This document shows positions 16,770 to 35,349 of a DNA stretch of 64,000 nt, one piece after another. The stretch comes from the human T2T-CHM13v2.0 reference genome, Homo sapiens. The stretch lies in assembly GCF_009914755.1 (NCBI RefSeq), contig NC_060943.1; one strand, written 5' to 3'. A model generated the notes under the pieces. It saw nothing but the letters and a program-made list of their open reading frames with translations, ran no database searches and was not told the DNA's origin. The first letter of the stretch is position 1. Every line of letters starts with the position of its first letter. The translations under genes and the position numbers were made by a program.

Positions 16770-16925
16770 TATAGCACTCATCGCTCATGTCTGCAGTGTT
16801 CTTGTTTATTTGTTTACTAGTTCATCGTCTACTCAAGTAGAATGAGCACCATGAGGGCAGGGATTTTCTCAGCTGTGTCCACCATGGTATCATGAACTCA
16901 GTACCAGGCTTGGCAAAAAGCGTGG
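16770..16925 (+). mobile_element. L2 3'-end remnant overlapping the THAP8 3'UTR end
   Basis: TGTTTATTTGTTT...TAGAATGAGCACCATGAGGGCAGGGATTTT...GGCTTGGCA resembles the L2 3' terminus. Confidence 0.7.
16805..16810 (-). terminator. THAP8: Probable THAP8 polyadenylation signal AATAAA
   Basis: TTTATT on + at 16805-16810, about 430 nt after the THAP8 stop; the first AATAAA I could find in the 3'UTR. Confidence 0.7.
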
Positions 16926-17240
16926 GACTCCTTAGAACCAGGTATGATTCTCCCAAACAACCCTTGCTCTGCTCTGAGGCTGTCGTACTGATTTGCAAAG
17001 ATCTGAGCCGGGGGTGGCAGAAGCCTGGTACCCAGGGGATTGGGGGCTGATGAGAGACTTGGGCCCAGGTCACCCCTAAGGTTCAAGAGATCCCTAGGAG
17101 TGGGGTGGTAGAACCCAGGCCCTTGAGGGAGGCACTGCTACTACCCAGGCGTGGGCGGTGGGGCTGGGCCAAGCCCACGTATAATGTCTTTCCTCCTCCA
17201 TCTTCTATCTTTTGTCCCTCGACATTGTCTGTCTTGATCC

Positions 17241-17393
17241 TTATGCACTGGGGATCCGAGTGTCCAGGAGCTCCGGCTTGGCATCCACTGTGGCAGGTGC
17301 AGGGTCCTGGGCAAGGACCATGGCTATGTCAGGCCCTCCACAGATGATGGTGAAGGTTTGGGATTCCTCAGGTCCAAGGGTCTGGGCTGTTGT
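17241..17393 (-). CDS. THAP8: THAP8 exon 4 coding part (TTAQTLGPEES...DTRIPSA*)
   Basis: TTTGCCTTAG acceptor; TAA at 17243-17241; the four exons sum to 825 nt = 274 aa plus stop. Confidence 0.95.
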   Translation of the reverse strand, partial: TTAQTLGPEESQTFTIICGGPDIAMVLAQDPAPATVDAKPELLDTRIPSA

Positions 17394-18237
17394 CTAAGGC
17401 AAAGAAGTGGTAGAGATGGGGAACATTACGAAGCAAGTTGCGGGAGAGACAGACAGATAACGGTGAGGAACAGGGAGGCAAAGGTGGCAGGAGGGCGTGT
17501 CAGGAAACAGAGAGAGATGTGGGGAGAGATATGAGGAGACAGGAAAGCAGATGTGAGGGCCAGAGAGACATTCATGGGAAAGGAAAGAAGGGTGGGGAAA
17601 TGGGAAGAGAAGTGCGGGGGCACAGACGCAGACACGTGGGGGAAAGAGATGTGCAGGCAGACAGACGTACAGACAGGGTCAGAGATATGGGGGAGACAGA
17701 AAATATGCAGATAAAGAGAGACACAGGGAGGTGGGGAAACAGGTGGCGGACAGAGATGATGGGCAGAAAGACAATGAATGTTGGGGAGGGAGGAGATTGG
17801 GAGGTAGGGATAGATGAGTAGGAGACAGAGATTGAATGACAGGAGGGGAGGCAGAGAGAGGCAGTCAGCTCAGGGGATCTGGCAGGCTCCACAAAGAGCC
17901 CCAGGCCCGAGTCTGAGCTCTGTCCCTGCCCCACTGTCCCTCTGTGCCCCAGGCCACAGTCTCAAACTTCAAGGCCCCAGAGGCAGCCACACTGTAGCTC
18001 CAGCCAACTGCTATCACCTGAGAATCCAAGCCCAGTGCTGCTAGATATGCAGAGCCTTCAGGAAAGACCAGACTTTTTTTTTTTTTTTTTTTTTTGAGAC
18101 AGAGTCTCACAGTGTCACCCAGGCTGGAGTGCAGTAGCACAATCACAGTTCATTAAAGCCTTGACCTTCTGGACTCAAGCAATACTCCCACTTCAGCCTC
18201 TCAAATAGCTAGAACTATAGGTGCAACACTTGGCTAA

Positions 18238-18375
<138 letters not shown>

Positions 18376-18447
18376 TAAATTATTTTAAAGCACTGCGGAG
18401 GCCAAACAAATTGTATCTGTGGGTCATGTCCAAACCACTGACTATCA

Positions 18448-18855
<408 letters not shown>

Positions 18856-18960
18856 TCATACAAGCAGGGCTCTGAAAGCCATGGGGGCTAAGCTGGGCAC
18901 CTCAAGCTTGGCCCTAGGGTTTTAAGACAGGAGAAATTTCGCCTTGGTCAAACTGTGATT

Positions 18961-19043
18961 TTCAGAGACATAACACCATTCCTCATCTTCCTCCCCCGCC
19001 ACCCCACACACAGAGACATAACACCCTTCCTCAACTTCCTCCC

Positions 19044-19083
<40 letters not shown>

Positions 19084-19145
19084 TCCTCAGCTTCCTCCCC
19101 TACACACACACACACACACACAAACACCTTCCTCAAATTCCTCCC

Positions 19146-19185
<40 letters not shown>
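18961..19185. repeat. Compound minisatellite: 4 units of CCTTCCTCAnnTTCCTCCCCTA, each followed by (CA)n
   Basis: Units start near 18961, 19011, 19081 and 19127; three long CA tracts. Confidence 0.92.
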
Positions 19186-19187
<2 letters not shown>

Positions 19188-19428
19188 AGCAGTAAAATAT
19201 AGAGGCAAAAGGGATTCAGATAGGGCCTGGGGGACACTATTACAGAGATTGCAAACTCCAGCTCTATAGGGGCCAGGCAGGAAGCTCTCACAGGCCTCTT
19301 CTGCAGCCAGACACCTGGGTTTGAATCCTGGCCCTGAAACATGTTGGCTGCCTGACTGTGGGCACACTACTGGACTGCTCTGTGCCTCCATTTTTTCATC
19401 TGGAAGATAGAGACAACAGCAGTATTAA

Positions 19429-19716
<288 letters not shown>

Positions 19717-19725
19717 TAGGCATGA

Positions 19726-20354
<629 letters not shown>

Positions 20355-20467
20355 TAAAAATTAACCTTGTAGCAGTCAGGCATGGTGGCTCACTCCTGTA
20401 ATACCAGCATTTTGGGACGCCAAGGCAGGTGGATCACGAGGTGAGGAGATCGAGACCATCCTGGCTA

Positions 20468-20671
<204 letters not shown>

Positions 20672-21126
20672 TTAACCCTGTAGCTCCAGCTCAAAGGGTC
20701 ATAGTGAGTTTTCAGCTCACTATGTTATAACTCTGTGTCTGGCAGACAATAAGAGCTTCTCAAATATTAAGTATTTAGTATTAGTAAATGGAGCAATCAT
20801 TACTCAGCTCCAACCAATAGTTGCTTGGCATTGCCAGATTTTGTTTTTCAGGAAAACCTATAAATTTGTTTTAATTTTCTGTAGAGACAGTGCTTGCTAT
20901 GTTGCCCAGGCTGGTCTCGAACTCCTGGCCTCCAGCAATCCTCCTGCCTTGGCCTCCCAAAGTGTTGGGATTACAGGCGTGAGCCACTGAGCCCGGGAAA
21001 GCCAGAAATTTGGAAACACGGCTGAATGTTCTGATTTTTGAATAGGGGATCCTAGACAAAATGAAAACACACTGCAGGCCAGGCCACCACCCATGGATGG
21101 GGCTGCCAGGCTGGGGTGCCACTCAC

Positions 21127-21522
21127 CAGGCGCTGCAGACCCCGGCGTGCCCGTGCCAGCAGGCTCTCCCCGTGTAGCTGCTGTGCCAGCCGTTCCAGGG
21201 CCTGCAGCTGCGCCTGGTGCCGCTCCTGGCACCGTTGCAGCCTCCGCACCCGGCGTTGCAGTGCTCCCAGCACTGGGCCCAGCCCGGTCTGGGCCTGTTG
21301 GGCAGGGACTTCAGGTTGTGACCGCTCAGGAGTTGGCGCAGGGGCCAGGGGGGTCAGGAGCATGGTGGCCACAGTCTTGGGGCTCCCCGATGTGGGGCCC
21401 AGCACCACTAGGCGCACTGGGCCAGAGACTGGGATGGCAGGGCTCTGGGGCAGGGGTGTATTCTTCTGTAGGGGAGGCGGCGGCGAGACTGGCTTCTGGG
21501 TGCTTCGGGTCCTCCGCTGACT
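21127..21522 (-). CDS. THAP8: THAP8 exon 3, Pro-rich linker and coiled coil ([29 protein letters not shown])
   Basis: TCTTCCAG acceptor, GTGAGT donor; 396 nt, phase 0/0. Confidence 0.95.
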
Positions 21523-21747
21523 CTGGAAGACAAGGCATGGGGTGCAGGGGTGCCGTGGTCAGACTTCGACTCAGGAGGAAAGGGATGGAGGGTCTGTTTC
21601 CAAGGGGGACTTGCCTAGGTAAGGCCAGACCTCAGGGAGGAAGTGTCGTCAGGAGGGGAGGGCCAAAGTTCAGACTCAAGGAGGGACTTCCCTTAGGCAG
21701 GGAGGTCTGGGGGTTGGATTCCAGCAGCAGGACCTCCCAGCGCTCAC

Positions 21748-21940
21748 CTTGGCAGGTGGTCCCCGGGAGAAGATGGAGGGCACTGCATCAGGCCGCAGGT
21801 AGCGCACACCCCAGCGCCACTGGAAGCAGGAGGGTGTGAAGTGCTCGCTGCACAAGTGCTGGTGGCAGCTGGGCACCCAGTGCTCACAGCCCATGTGCTG
21901 CAGCCAGGCCTGCAGCCGGGGACCATCCTTCAGTGGGAAC
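21748..21940 (-). CDS. THAP8: THAP8 exon 2, C-terminal half of the THAP zinc finger (FP...W...LCSEHF...AVPSIF)
   Basis: THAP signature residues and AVPxIF box; AG/GT boundaries; 193 nt, phase 2/0. Confidence 0.97.
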
Positions 21941-22139
21941 CTGCATGGGTGGTTGGGGGGCTGGGTCAGTGCTACGAGGTTCAGACTTATCCCTCCCAGA
22001 GGATACCCACCCTGGAGGTCTCTGGGCTCCAAGCCTGTGCCTCCCTAGGGCTAGGAAGTAGACCTGTCTTGTGCCCAGGCTTTCTCTATCTCATACACAC
22101 AACCACAACCCTTTTTTCAGCTTCATCTTTTAGTAGTAG

Positions 22140-22452
<313 letters not shown>

Positions 22453-22862
22453 TGAAAGCTCCACCTTTTAAACACCCAGCATCAGCCCACCTCTGCCCCC
22501 TCCACTGCCCCTCCTTCCAGCCTCCTTCCTGGTCTTCCTGCCCACAGTCCCGCCCCTCCACTCCCAATTTGTTCTTCCACATCAACTTGTTGGAGCAGTT
22601 TATAAAATCAGACAGTTACGATGTGGGAGATCGTGCAGCCAAGCGAAAACGTTTCTTCCACACCATATAAATGGGGGTGTGGGGTTTCTGGATTAAGAGA
22701 GATTTAAGAAAGATCAGCACAAACGCAGGATGTGGACCTTGCCTACAACAAACAATTCAGTAAAAAGACATTTTAAGACAATTGGGGAAAACTGAACATG
22801 AACTGGTTATAAGATAATTGTAAGAAACTGGTCAGGCATGGCGGTTCATGCCTGTAATCCTA

Positions 22863-23114
<252 letters not shown>

Positions 23115-23384
23115 TTAAAAAAAAAAAAAAAAAATTCATTTTGCTAGGTGTGATAACTGTATTGGTTTATACTTCTGAAACAGTCTTCTGTTAGAAATCA
23201 GTCTGAAATAATTACGGATAAAAGATCTGATGTCTGGGATTTACTTTAAAATAGTGCAGGACAAAAACTTAGAGGTGTGGGCAGGGCAGGGAAGAAGATT
23301 GGCAAAGTGTTGATAACTAGTGACACAGTGATGGATACTGAGGGCTCTACTTTTTGTGTATGCTTGAAAACACCCACTAACAAG

Positions 23385-25388
<2,004 letters not shown>

Positions 25389-25468
25389 GGCCAGGCACGG
25401 TGGCTCACGCCTGTAATCCCAGCACTTTGGGAGGCCGAGGTGGGCGGATCACTTGCAGTCAGACCTCA

Positions 25469-25657
<189 letters not shown>

Positions 25658-26817
25658 CTACAACCTGGGCGACAGAGCAAGACTCCATCTCAAAAAAAAA
25701 TTTTTTTTGTTTTAAGTTTTAAAAAATAAAAGCTTTCTCAGTGGTTGTGGGTGAGGATTATCTGATGAGGGACCCTCTAAATGTGCCCCACTTCTCCGGT
25801 TTCCGGGTGCCACTTATTCCCAGCATCTGCTCTTACCCTCTTAGATGGTAATCCACTCTCTATTTAGACCTGGGCTCAAGGCTACCCATAATAAAGACCT
25901 CCTTTTCCAGCCTTATTTGCAGCCAGGGGTGGCCACATGATCAAATGCTGGCCAGTTTGTCCTTAGCAGCTGCCAGAAACTGAGACTGTAAATGTTTATT
26001 TCAAGCTGCTAAATTTGGGGATAGTTTGTTATATAGCATTAGATAACTAAGACACATCTCATGCATATCCCATCTTCACAATGTTTTCCATATCTGTGAT
26101 ATTACTTATTTCATATTTTTCTTAAAACTAACCAATTTTAACTATTAAACAAAGATACTTAAAAGAGAAACTTTACATCACAATTGAAAATGGAAAATCA
26201 GTATCAATTCCATAAACAAAAGCTAACCATAAAAACATCAGATGCCATTACCTACTGAGGGTTATGAGCCTGAGGCCTGCTCTCTTTCTTTTCTTTTCTT
26301 TCTTTTTTTTTGAGACACGGTCTCATTCTGTTGCCCAGGCTAAAGTGCAGAGGCACGATCATGGCTCACTGTAGCCCTGAACTGCTAGGCCCAAGTGATC
26401 CTCCCACCTCAGCCTCCCGAGTACCTGGGACCACAGGCATGTGCCACCACACCTGGCTAATTTAAAATTTCTTTTTGTAGAGACAGAGGTCTCACTATGT
26501 TGTCCAGACTGGTCTTGAACTCCTGGGCTGAAGTGATCTCCCACGTTGGCCTCCCAAAGTGCTGCGATTATAGGCATGAGGCACCACACCCCACCCCTGC
26601 TCTCTCTTTGTTGAAAAGATAGACTAGTGAGTGCTAGAGAATTAGGGACAAAATTCCTACAGGAGAGAGGGTAAACATAGGCACATCCACACAAAAGAAT
26701 ACGATGCAGCTATAAAACAGAATGTAGAGGTACTCTGTGAACTGACATGCTATTGTCAGGCACACATTATGTGAAAAAAAGCAAGGTTCTAAATAGACTA
26801 TCTCAGCTTTTAGTCAT

Positions 26818-27775
<958 letters not shown>

Positions 27776-27838
27776 GTAATAAAGGGAGAAATAAGAATGT
27801 CTTTCACATTTGCTGGTATTTATATAAAGAAACTATGG

Positions 27839-28199
27839 TGATGTGGTTTGGCTCTGTGTCCCCACCCAAATCTCATCTTGAACTGTAATCCCCATGTGTC
27901 AAGGGAGGGACATGATGGGAGGTGACTGGATCATGGGGGATGTTTCCCCCATGCTGTTCCCATGATAGTGAGTGAGTTCTCATGAGATCTGATGGTTTAA
28001 AAGTGGCAGTTCCCCTCTTGCTCTCTCTCTCTCCTGCCCCCATGTAAGATGTTTGCTTTCCCTTCGCCTTGCACCATGATTGTAAGTTTCCTGAGGCCTC
28101 CCCAGCCATTCAGAATTGTAAGTCCATTAAACCTCTTTCCTTTATGAATTACTCAGTCTCAGGTAGTTGTTTATAGTAGTGTGAGAACAGACTAAGACA
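27839..28199 (+). mobile_element. THE1-family (THE1D-like) MaLR solo LTR
   Basis: Begins TGATGTGGTTTGGCTCTGTGTCCCCACCCAAATCTCATC, contains ATTAAACCTCTTTCC and ends GAACAGACTAAGACA. Confidence 0.85.
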
Positions 28200-28911
28200 C
28201 ATAGGAAGGACACACAAGAAACTAAAGAGGCTACCAGTGGGGAGGAGGTGGATGGGATGAACGGAGATGGGGAGAGCCAAGACTTCTCAGACAAAGGAAG
28301 ATGGAGGTGGAGGGGGCAGGTAGCTGGTGAAAGAGCACAGAAAGGCTGACTCAGAGAACAGCAGTGGCACCCAGAGAGCAGAACCCCAGGGCACACAGCC
28401 AGGGAGTCTGGCTGCTGCAGTCAGCCTCCCTCTAAGATCCCAATGTTCTCAGCAGCCCCATTCTTCCGGGACACAAACACAAGATCTATTGCAACAGCAT
28501 TCCCCATTCTTATTGCCACCATCTCCCAGGCAGAATCTGCCAATGGACTACTCGTATCTACTCTCTGCCTTTTCCTTACTAACAGAACTCCAACTTTCTT
28601 TGAGGCCACAATGTGTCCTGCTAAAAGACTATGTTTCCCAGGATCCTTTGCAGCTGGCTGGGGCGTGTGACTACCTTCTGGCCAAGGAATGCTTTAGTGT
28701 TGTGTGGGATCTCTGGGATGGTGCCTTAAATGGAAGGGACGATCAACAGGATTCAGCAGCTCAAAGAGCAAAGGAAAAAAGTCAATATCCTAAGAAAGGT
28801 CTCCTTAATTGGTCTTACTCTCTCTTGTTCCTCTGGATAGCAGCATTTGTAATGGGCAATGTTGCTTTCTAAAAAACTACCTTAAGCAGACAACAAGTGT
28901 TCCCCTTTGTA

Positions 28912-28946
28912 TGCAGTCAAATGCTCTACCACTGAGCTATACCCCC
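28912..28946 (-). pseudogene. tRNA-Cys(GCA) 5'-half tailless retropseudogene (35 nt) with 15-bp TSDs
   Basis: Reverse complement is GGGGGTATAGCTCAGTGGTAGAGCATTTGACTGCA, i.e. tRNA-Cys from nt 1 to the anticodon; TGTTCCCCTTTGTAT direct repeats at 28898-28912 and 28948-28962. Confidence 0.92.
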
Positions 28947-29479
28947 ATGTTCCCCTTTGTATAAACTATTTTAGTCTTGCTGGTCATCTTGTCCAGAGCA
29001 TGGGGTGGCATATACTGCTAGAAGTCCTTTTTTTCTTTCTTACTAATGTAACTCAAAATTTCTTCAGGCTGATTAAATGCCCAGTTTTTAAAGACCACAA
29101 TTCCCAGCCTCTTTTCCAGTTGGGGTGACCAATGATGAAAAGGTGCCATTGAACGGGGTTTCTGGGAAGGCCTTATAAAGGGAGATGATTCAGTTTAGAC
29201 CTGAACGCTTTTTGCTCTTCCTCCCTTCCCTTTTCCTCCTATAAGGAATGGTGGCAGTGGTGGCTGGGGCACTGGCAGCCACCTTGGATGGAAGCCACAG
29301 GCCAAGGATGGAAGCCACAGGCTAAGGATGACAGAGCAGAAAGAGGCCGGGCATGGTGGCTCACACCTGTAATCCCAGCACTTTGGTGGCCAAGGTGGGA
29401 GGATCATTTAAGGCCAGGTGTTTGAGACTAGCCTGGCCAACATGGCAAAACCCTGTCTCTACTAAAAATACAAAAATTA

Positions 29480-29665
<186 letters not shown>

Positions 29666-30154
29666 TCATTTCTCATGACTGTGGAGCTACTATCCCAGTG
29701 CTGGTTTGCCAACCTCTGTACTTTCTGTATATGAGGGAAAATAAACCCTGTAATAGAATGTCTGCTGTCTCTCTCCACATGAGGATTACACATGCCCACT
29801 CCATTGACTTGAGGCTTGCTATATACTTGCTCCAGCCAAAAGAATGCCAGTGAAAGTGACACAGGCCACTTCTAAATATGAAATTGACCAAGAGCCACTG
29901 GGTGATTCACTCCACTTTCTTTTTTCCTCCTCCTGCAAGACCAGCAATACTCCAAATAGGGATAGTTTATTCAGCCTGAGACCCCAATTAAGATACTGTA
30001 GAGTAGGACCACAAATGACCTGCAAAGGACATAGTGTGAGCAAGAAATACACCTTTGGGCCACGTGTGGTGATTCATGCCTGTAATCCCAGCACTTTGGG
30101 AGGCTAAAGCAGGAGGACTGATTGAGCCCAGGAGTTCCAGCCTGGGCAACATAG

Positions 30155-30289
<135 letters not shown>

Positions 30290-30944
30290 TGAGTAGCTGG
30301 GATTACAGGCGTGTGCCACCACGCCTGGCAATTTTTGTATTTTTAGTAGAAATGGGGCTTCACCATGTTGGCCAGGCTGGTCTCAAACTCCTGACCTCAG
30401 GTGATCCACTTGCCTCAACCTTCCAAAGTGCTGGGATTACAGGTGTGAGCCACCGCGCCCAGCCCAATGGGACTTCATTTCTACAAAAATTAGAAAAATT
30501 TGCCTGACAAGGTGGTGTCTGCCTATAGTCGCAGCTACTCAGGAGGTTGAGGCGGGAGGACTGCTTGAGCCCAGGAGTTTGAGGCTGCAGTGAACCATGA
30601 TGGTGCTGCACTCTAGCCCAGGTGATAAAGACCCCTTCTTTAAAAAAAAACAAAAAAAAAAAACAAAAAACACCTTTGTTGTAGTAAGCCACTGAGATTT
30701 GAGAAGTTTGTTTGTGCAGCATAACTTAACCACACTGATTCCTATAGACCCCATAATTTGTTTAAGCAACTCTTATTGCAGGACTTTGTTACTACCAAGC
30801 AGATACAATTCTAAGTGATAGGTCCCCCATAAGAGATGACCCCATTGCCACTGTCCCTGAAAGGGCCTAAGACAGAGCTAATGAAAGCTAGCCAGGCATG
30901 GTGGCACATGCCTGTAGTCCCAGCTACTCAGGAGGCTGAGATGG

Positions 30945-31057
30945 AGCTGGTCCGAGTGTTGTGGGTTATTGTTAAGCTGATTTAACATTGTCTCCCCACA
31001 CAACCATGCTTGACTAGCATAAAAATAAAAAAGAAAAATGAAAAAAACAAAAAAAAA
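30945..31057 (+). pseudogene. Y5 RNA (RNY5) processed pseudogene with A-tail, inserted into an Alu right-arm/FRAM-like monomer
   Basis: AGCTGGTCCGAGTGTTGTGGGTTATTGTTAAG...CTTGACTAGC (30945-31018) matches hY5 as I recall it with about 5 substitutions; A-rich tail; AGGAGGCTGAGATGG TSD at 30930-30944 and 31057-31071. Confidence 0.92.
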
Positions 31058-31527
31058 GGAGGCTGAGATGGGAGGACTGCTTGAGCCTGGGAGGCTGAAG
31101 CTGCATTGAGCCATGATCGCACCACAGTACTCCAGCCTGGGTGACAAAGCAAGATCATGTTTCAAAAAAAAAAAAGAGAGAGTGAACTAATGAGTGTTCC
31201 CATTGGCTGCCAAGCAGGATTTCAAGTTATTTCCTGGCAGCCACTTCCCTCAATGTGTCTCATCTTATCTCTCACCTGGCATCCATGCCCTCTCCTAAGC
31301 CTCTTTTGGAAACTGCTTCTCATCTAACTCTTAACTAAGTGGCTTCTGCAAGACTGACTCAGGGGTAGGCCCTGAGGTGGAAATGGGCTAGTCACTAGCG
31401 GGTGCCAATGAAGACATGAAGTGATTTTTATACAGTCATCTGGCTGCTATATACAGTCGTCATCATTTTCCTCCTTATTATTACATACAAAGCACTTAGA
31501 ACAGTGCCTGGCATAAGGTAAATACTA

Positions 31528-31740
<213 letters not shown>

Positions 31741-31747
31741 CTACTCA

Positions 31748-31948
<201 letters not shown>

Positions 31949-32049
31949 TTATTTATTTATTTTGAGACAAGGTCTCACACGGTTGCCCAGGCTAGAGTAC
32001 AGTGGCACAATCACAGCTCACTGCAGCCTCGGCTCCTGGGATCCAGTGA

Positions 32050-32295
<246 letters not shown>

Positions 32296-33565
32296 TAACT
32301 GTCTTGTCAAGGTGTTAGAGATTTTGTTGTGGTTGTTGCAGGATGGAGAAATGTCTTGAGGGTAGAGCCAAAGGGTGGGTTAATGGACTAGCGGTGAATG
32401 AAAAGGAAGGATCATGGGTAACTCCCAGGTCACGTACTCAGTTCCTCAATGTTTGATCCCTCACCTATCCATGAGCTCTGTCATGGCAGAAACAAGATCT
32501 GTCAGGATTCTTTGTGTCCAGCAGGGGCTTACTTGCTTCTCCAAGAAATACTCAAAAAGTTGCTGAATTAATCAATGTTGCCAGAGTCATACACAGGCTT
32601 AAAGTCCCTTTGGCCCTACACCAGGGTCCCTCAAAGGATCCGTGACACATGGACTGCTGGCTTTCCTGGAGAGCCCATCTGAAAGGCATTCACCAAATCC
32701 ACCCAACGAATCTTTACTAAGAACCTACTATGTGCCAGGCAATATTCTAGAGGTTGGAGACACAAACAGGAGGAAAGAAGAAAGACAAAGAAAGACAAAA
32801 CCTCTGGCTTGATTGAACTGATATTCTAGTGGGGGAGATAATGAATGAATACATCGAAAACGCAATATGCAGACAGTGATGTGTTAAAGAGAAAAATAAA
32901 GCAGGAGACAGAGAGAATCGTGTGTGTGTTTGGGTGTCAGTTACAGTTTTCCATAGGGTGGTAGTCATAAAGGCAAGAACTTTGAAATCAGAGGGAATCA
33001 CACAGGCAAAGTCCCCAGGGCAGCAACATGCCTGCCACACTACAGGAACATGAAGTAGGCCAGTGTCACTGGTGTGAAGGGCAGGAGGAAAGAGATGAGG
33101 TCACACTGGTATCAGGGAACCAGCTCTGTAGGACTTTGCAGGCCTGCTTTCTACCTGTTCCAGCCTCACTTTATTTTTTATAGTGAGGTGGGAGTCACGG
33201 AAGGGATCTGGGCAGAGGAGGGCGCTGATCTGACTCAGGTGTTCACAGGCTCCCTCTGGCTGCAAGCAGGGAACAGACTGGGGGTGACGGTGGGAGCAGG
33301 GAGACCAATGAAGAGGCTGCTAAAATAGTCCAGTCTGGAGGTGATAATTGCCAGGAGCAGGATGCAGGAAGAGGAGAGGGTTAGAAGTGATCAAATTCTG
33401 GACAGTTTGTAAAGGGAGAGCCAACTGGATTTGCTGAGGGACTGGATGAGGAATGTGTCCTAGCCCACTTAGGCTAAGACCACCAGGGACAAACCTGTAG
33501 TCCAGCACTGTCAGATTTATTTACAATGGCAATGGGAGAGTCTGCACACTAGAGATACCATAGGC

Positions 33566-34285
<720 letters not shown>

Positions 34286-35164
34286 CCATAGGCCCTATGG
34301 GCCTTTGTTTTGTGAGGGAGTCTCAACAAACAGAGTTATTTTTTAGGTGAAATGTAAACTAAGCAGTGTTCAGATTGCCTCAAAGCAAATCAGAACTGTG
34401 TGTAAAGGGATCAATATCAGGTCCGGATGGTGAAGTGGGCCCAGGGTTTGTCTTCTCAGATGCAATAAAGTTTACATAGATGTAGAATATTGTGTCCTTA
34501 TCTGAAGCTCCAAACCTGGATTGTAAATAGGGACTGCTTTTCTGTGTCAAAGTGACTTAGCTCCTCCAAGCAAAAGTGAGATGTTTCATTCTTACTTGAT
34601 GTGATTTCAAACAGCAAAGTTTGTGATCATCTCTGACTTTAGACAACCAAAGTTTCCTACTAAGAAAGCAGTAGACACTCAAAGGATGGGAATTCTGCCA
34701 CTTTACATCTGCAGTATGTCCAAGAGAAATATTTTTTCCTGGCTGGGTGCAGTGGCTCACGCCTGTAATCCAAGCACTTTGGGAGGCCGAGGCAGGAGGA
34801 CTGCTTGTGCCCAGGAGTTTGAGACTAGACTGGACAACATAGGGTGATCCCATCTCTCTCTTTAAAAACAAATTTTTTTTTTTTGAGACGGAGTCTCACT
34901 CTTGTTGCCCACGCTGGATTGCAGTGGCCTCATCTTGGCTCACTGCAACCTCTGCCTTCTGGATTCATGCGATTCTCCTGCCTCAGCCCACGGAGTAGCT
35001 GGAATTACACGCATGAGCCACCACGCCCATCTAATTTTTGTATTTTTAGTAGACACGGGGTTTCACCATGTTGGCCAGGCTGGTCTCGAACTCCTGACCT
35101 CAGGTGATCTGCCCGCCTCGGCCTCCCAAAGTGCTGGGATTACAGGCGTGAGCCACCAAGCCTG

Positions 35165-35201
<37 letters not shown>

Positions 35202-35202
35202 A

Positions 35203-35349
<147 letters not shown>

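Noticed and set aside
21093-21839. 248-aa + strand ORF
   Set aside because: Antisense shadow of the GC-rich THAP8 exons 2-3; low-complexity Gly/Ala/Pro content
28327-28872. 181-aa + strand ORF
   Set aside because: GTG start, runs through old LTR-like remnants, with no homology cue or splice support
29286-29330. Short 15-20 bp local duplications (also near 25295-25340 and 57166-57199)
   Set aside because: Two-copy slippage duplications within old repeats; not arrays, and nothing CRISPR-like is expected or seen in this eukaryotic DNA
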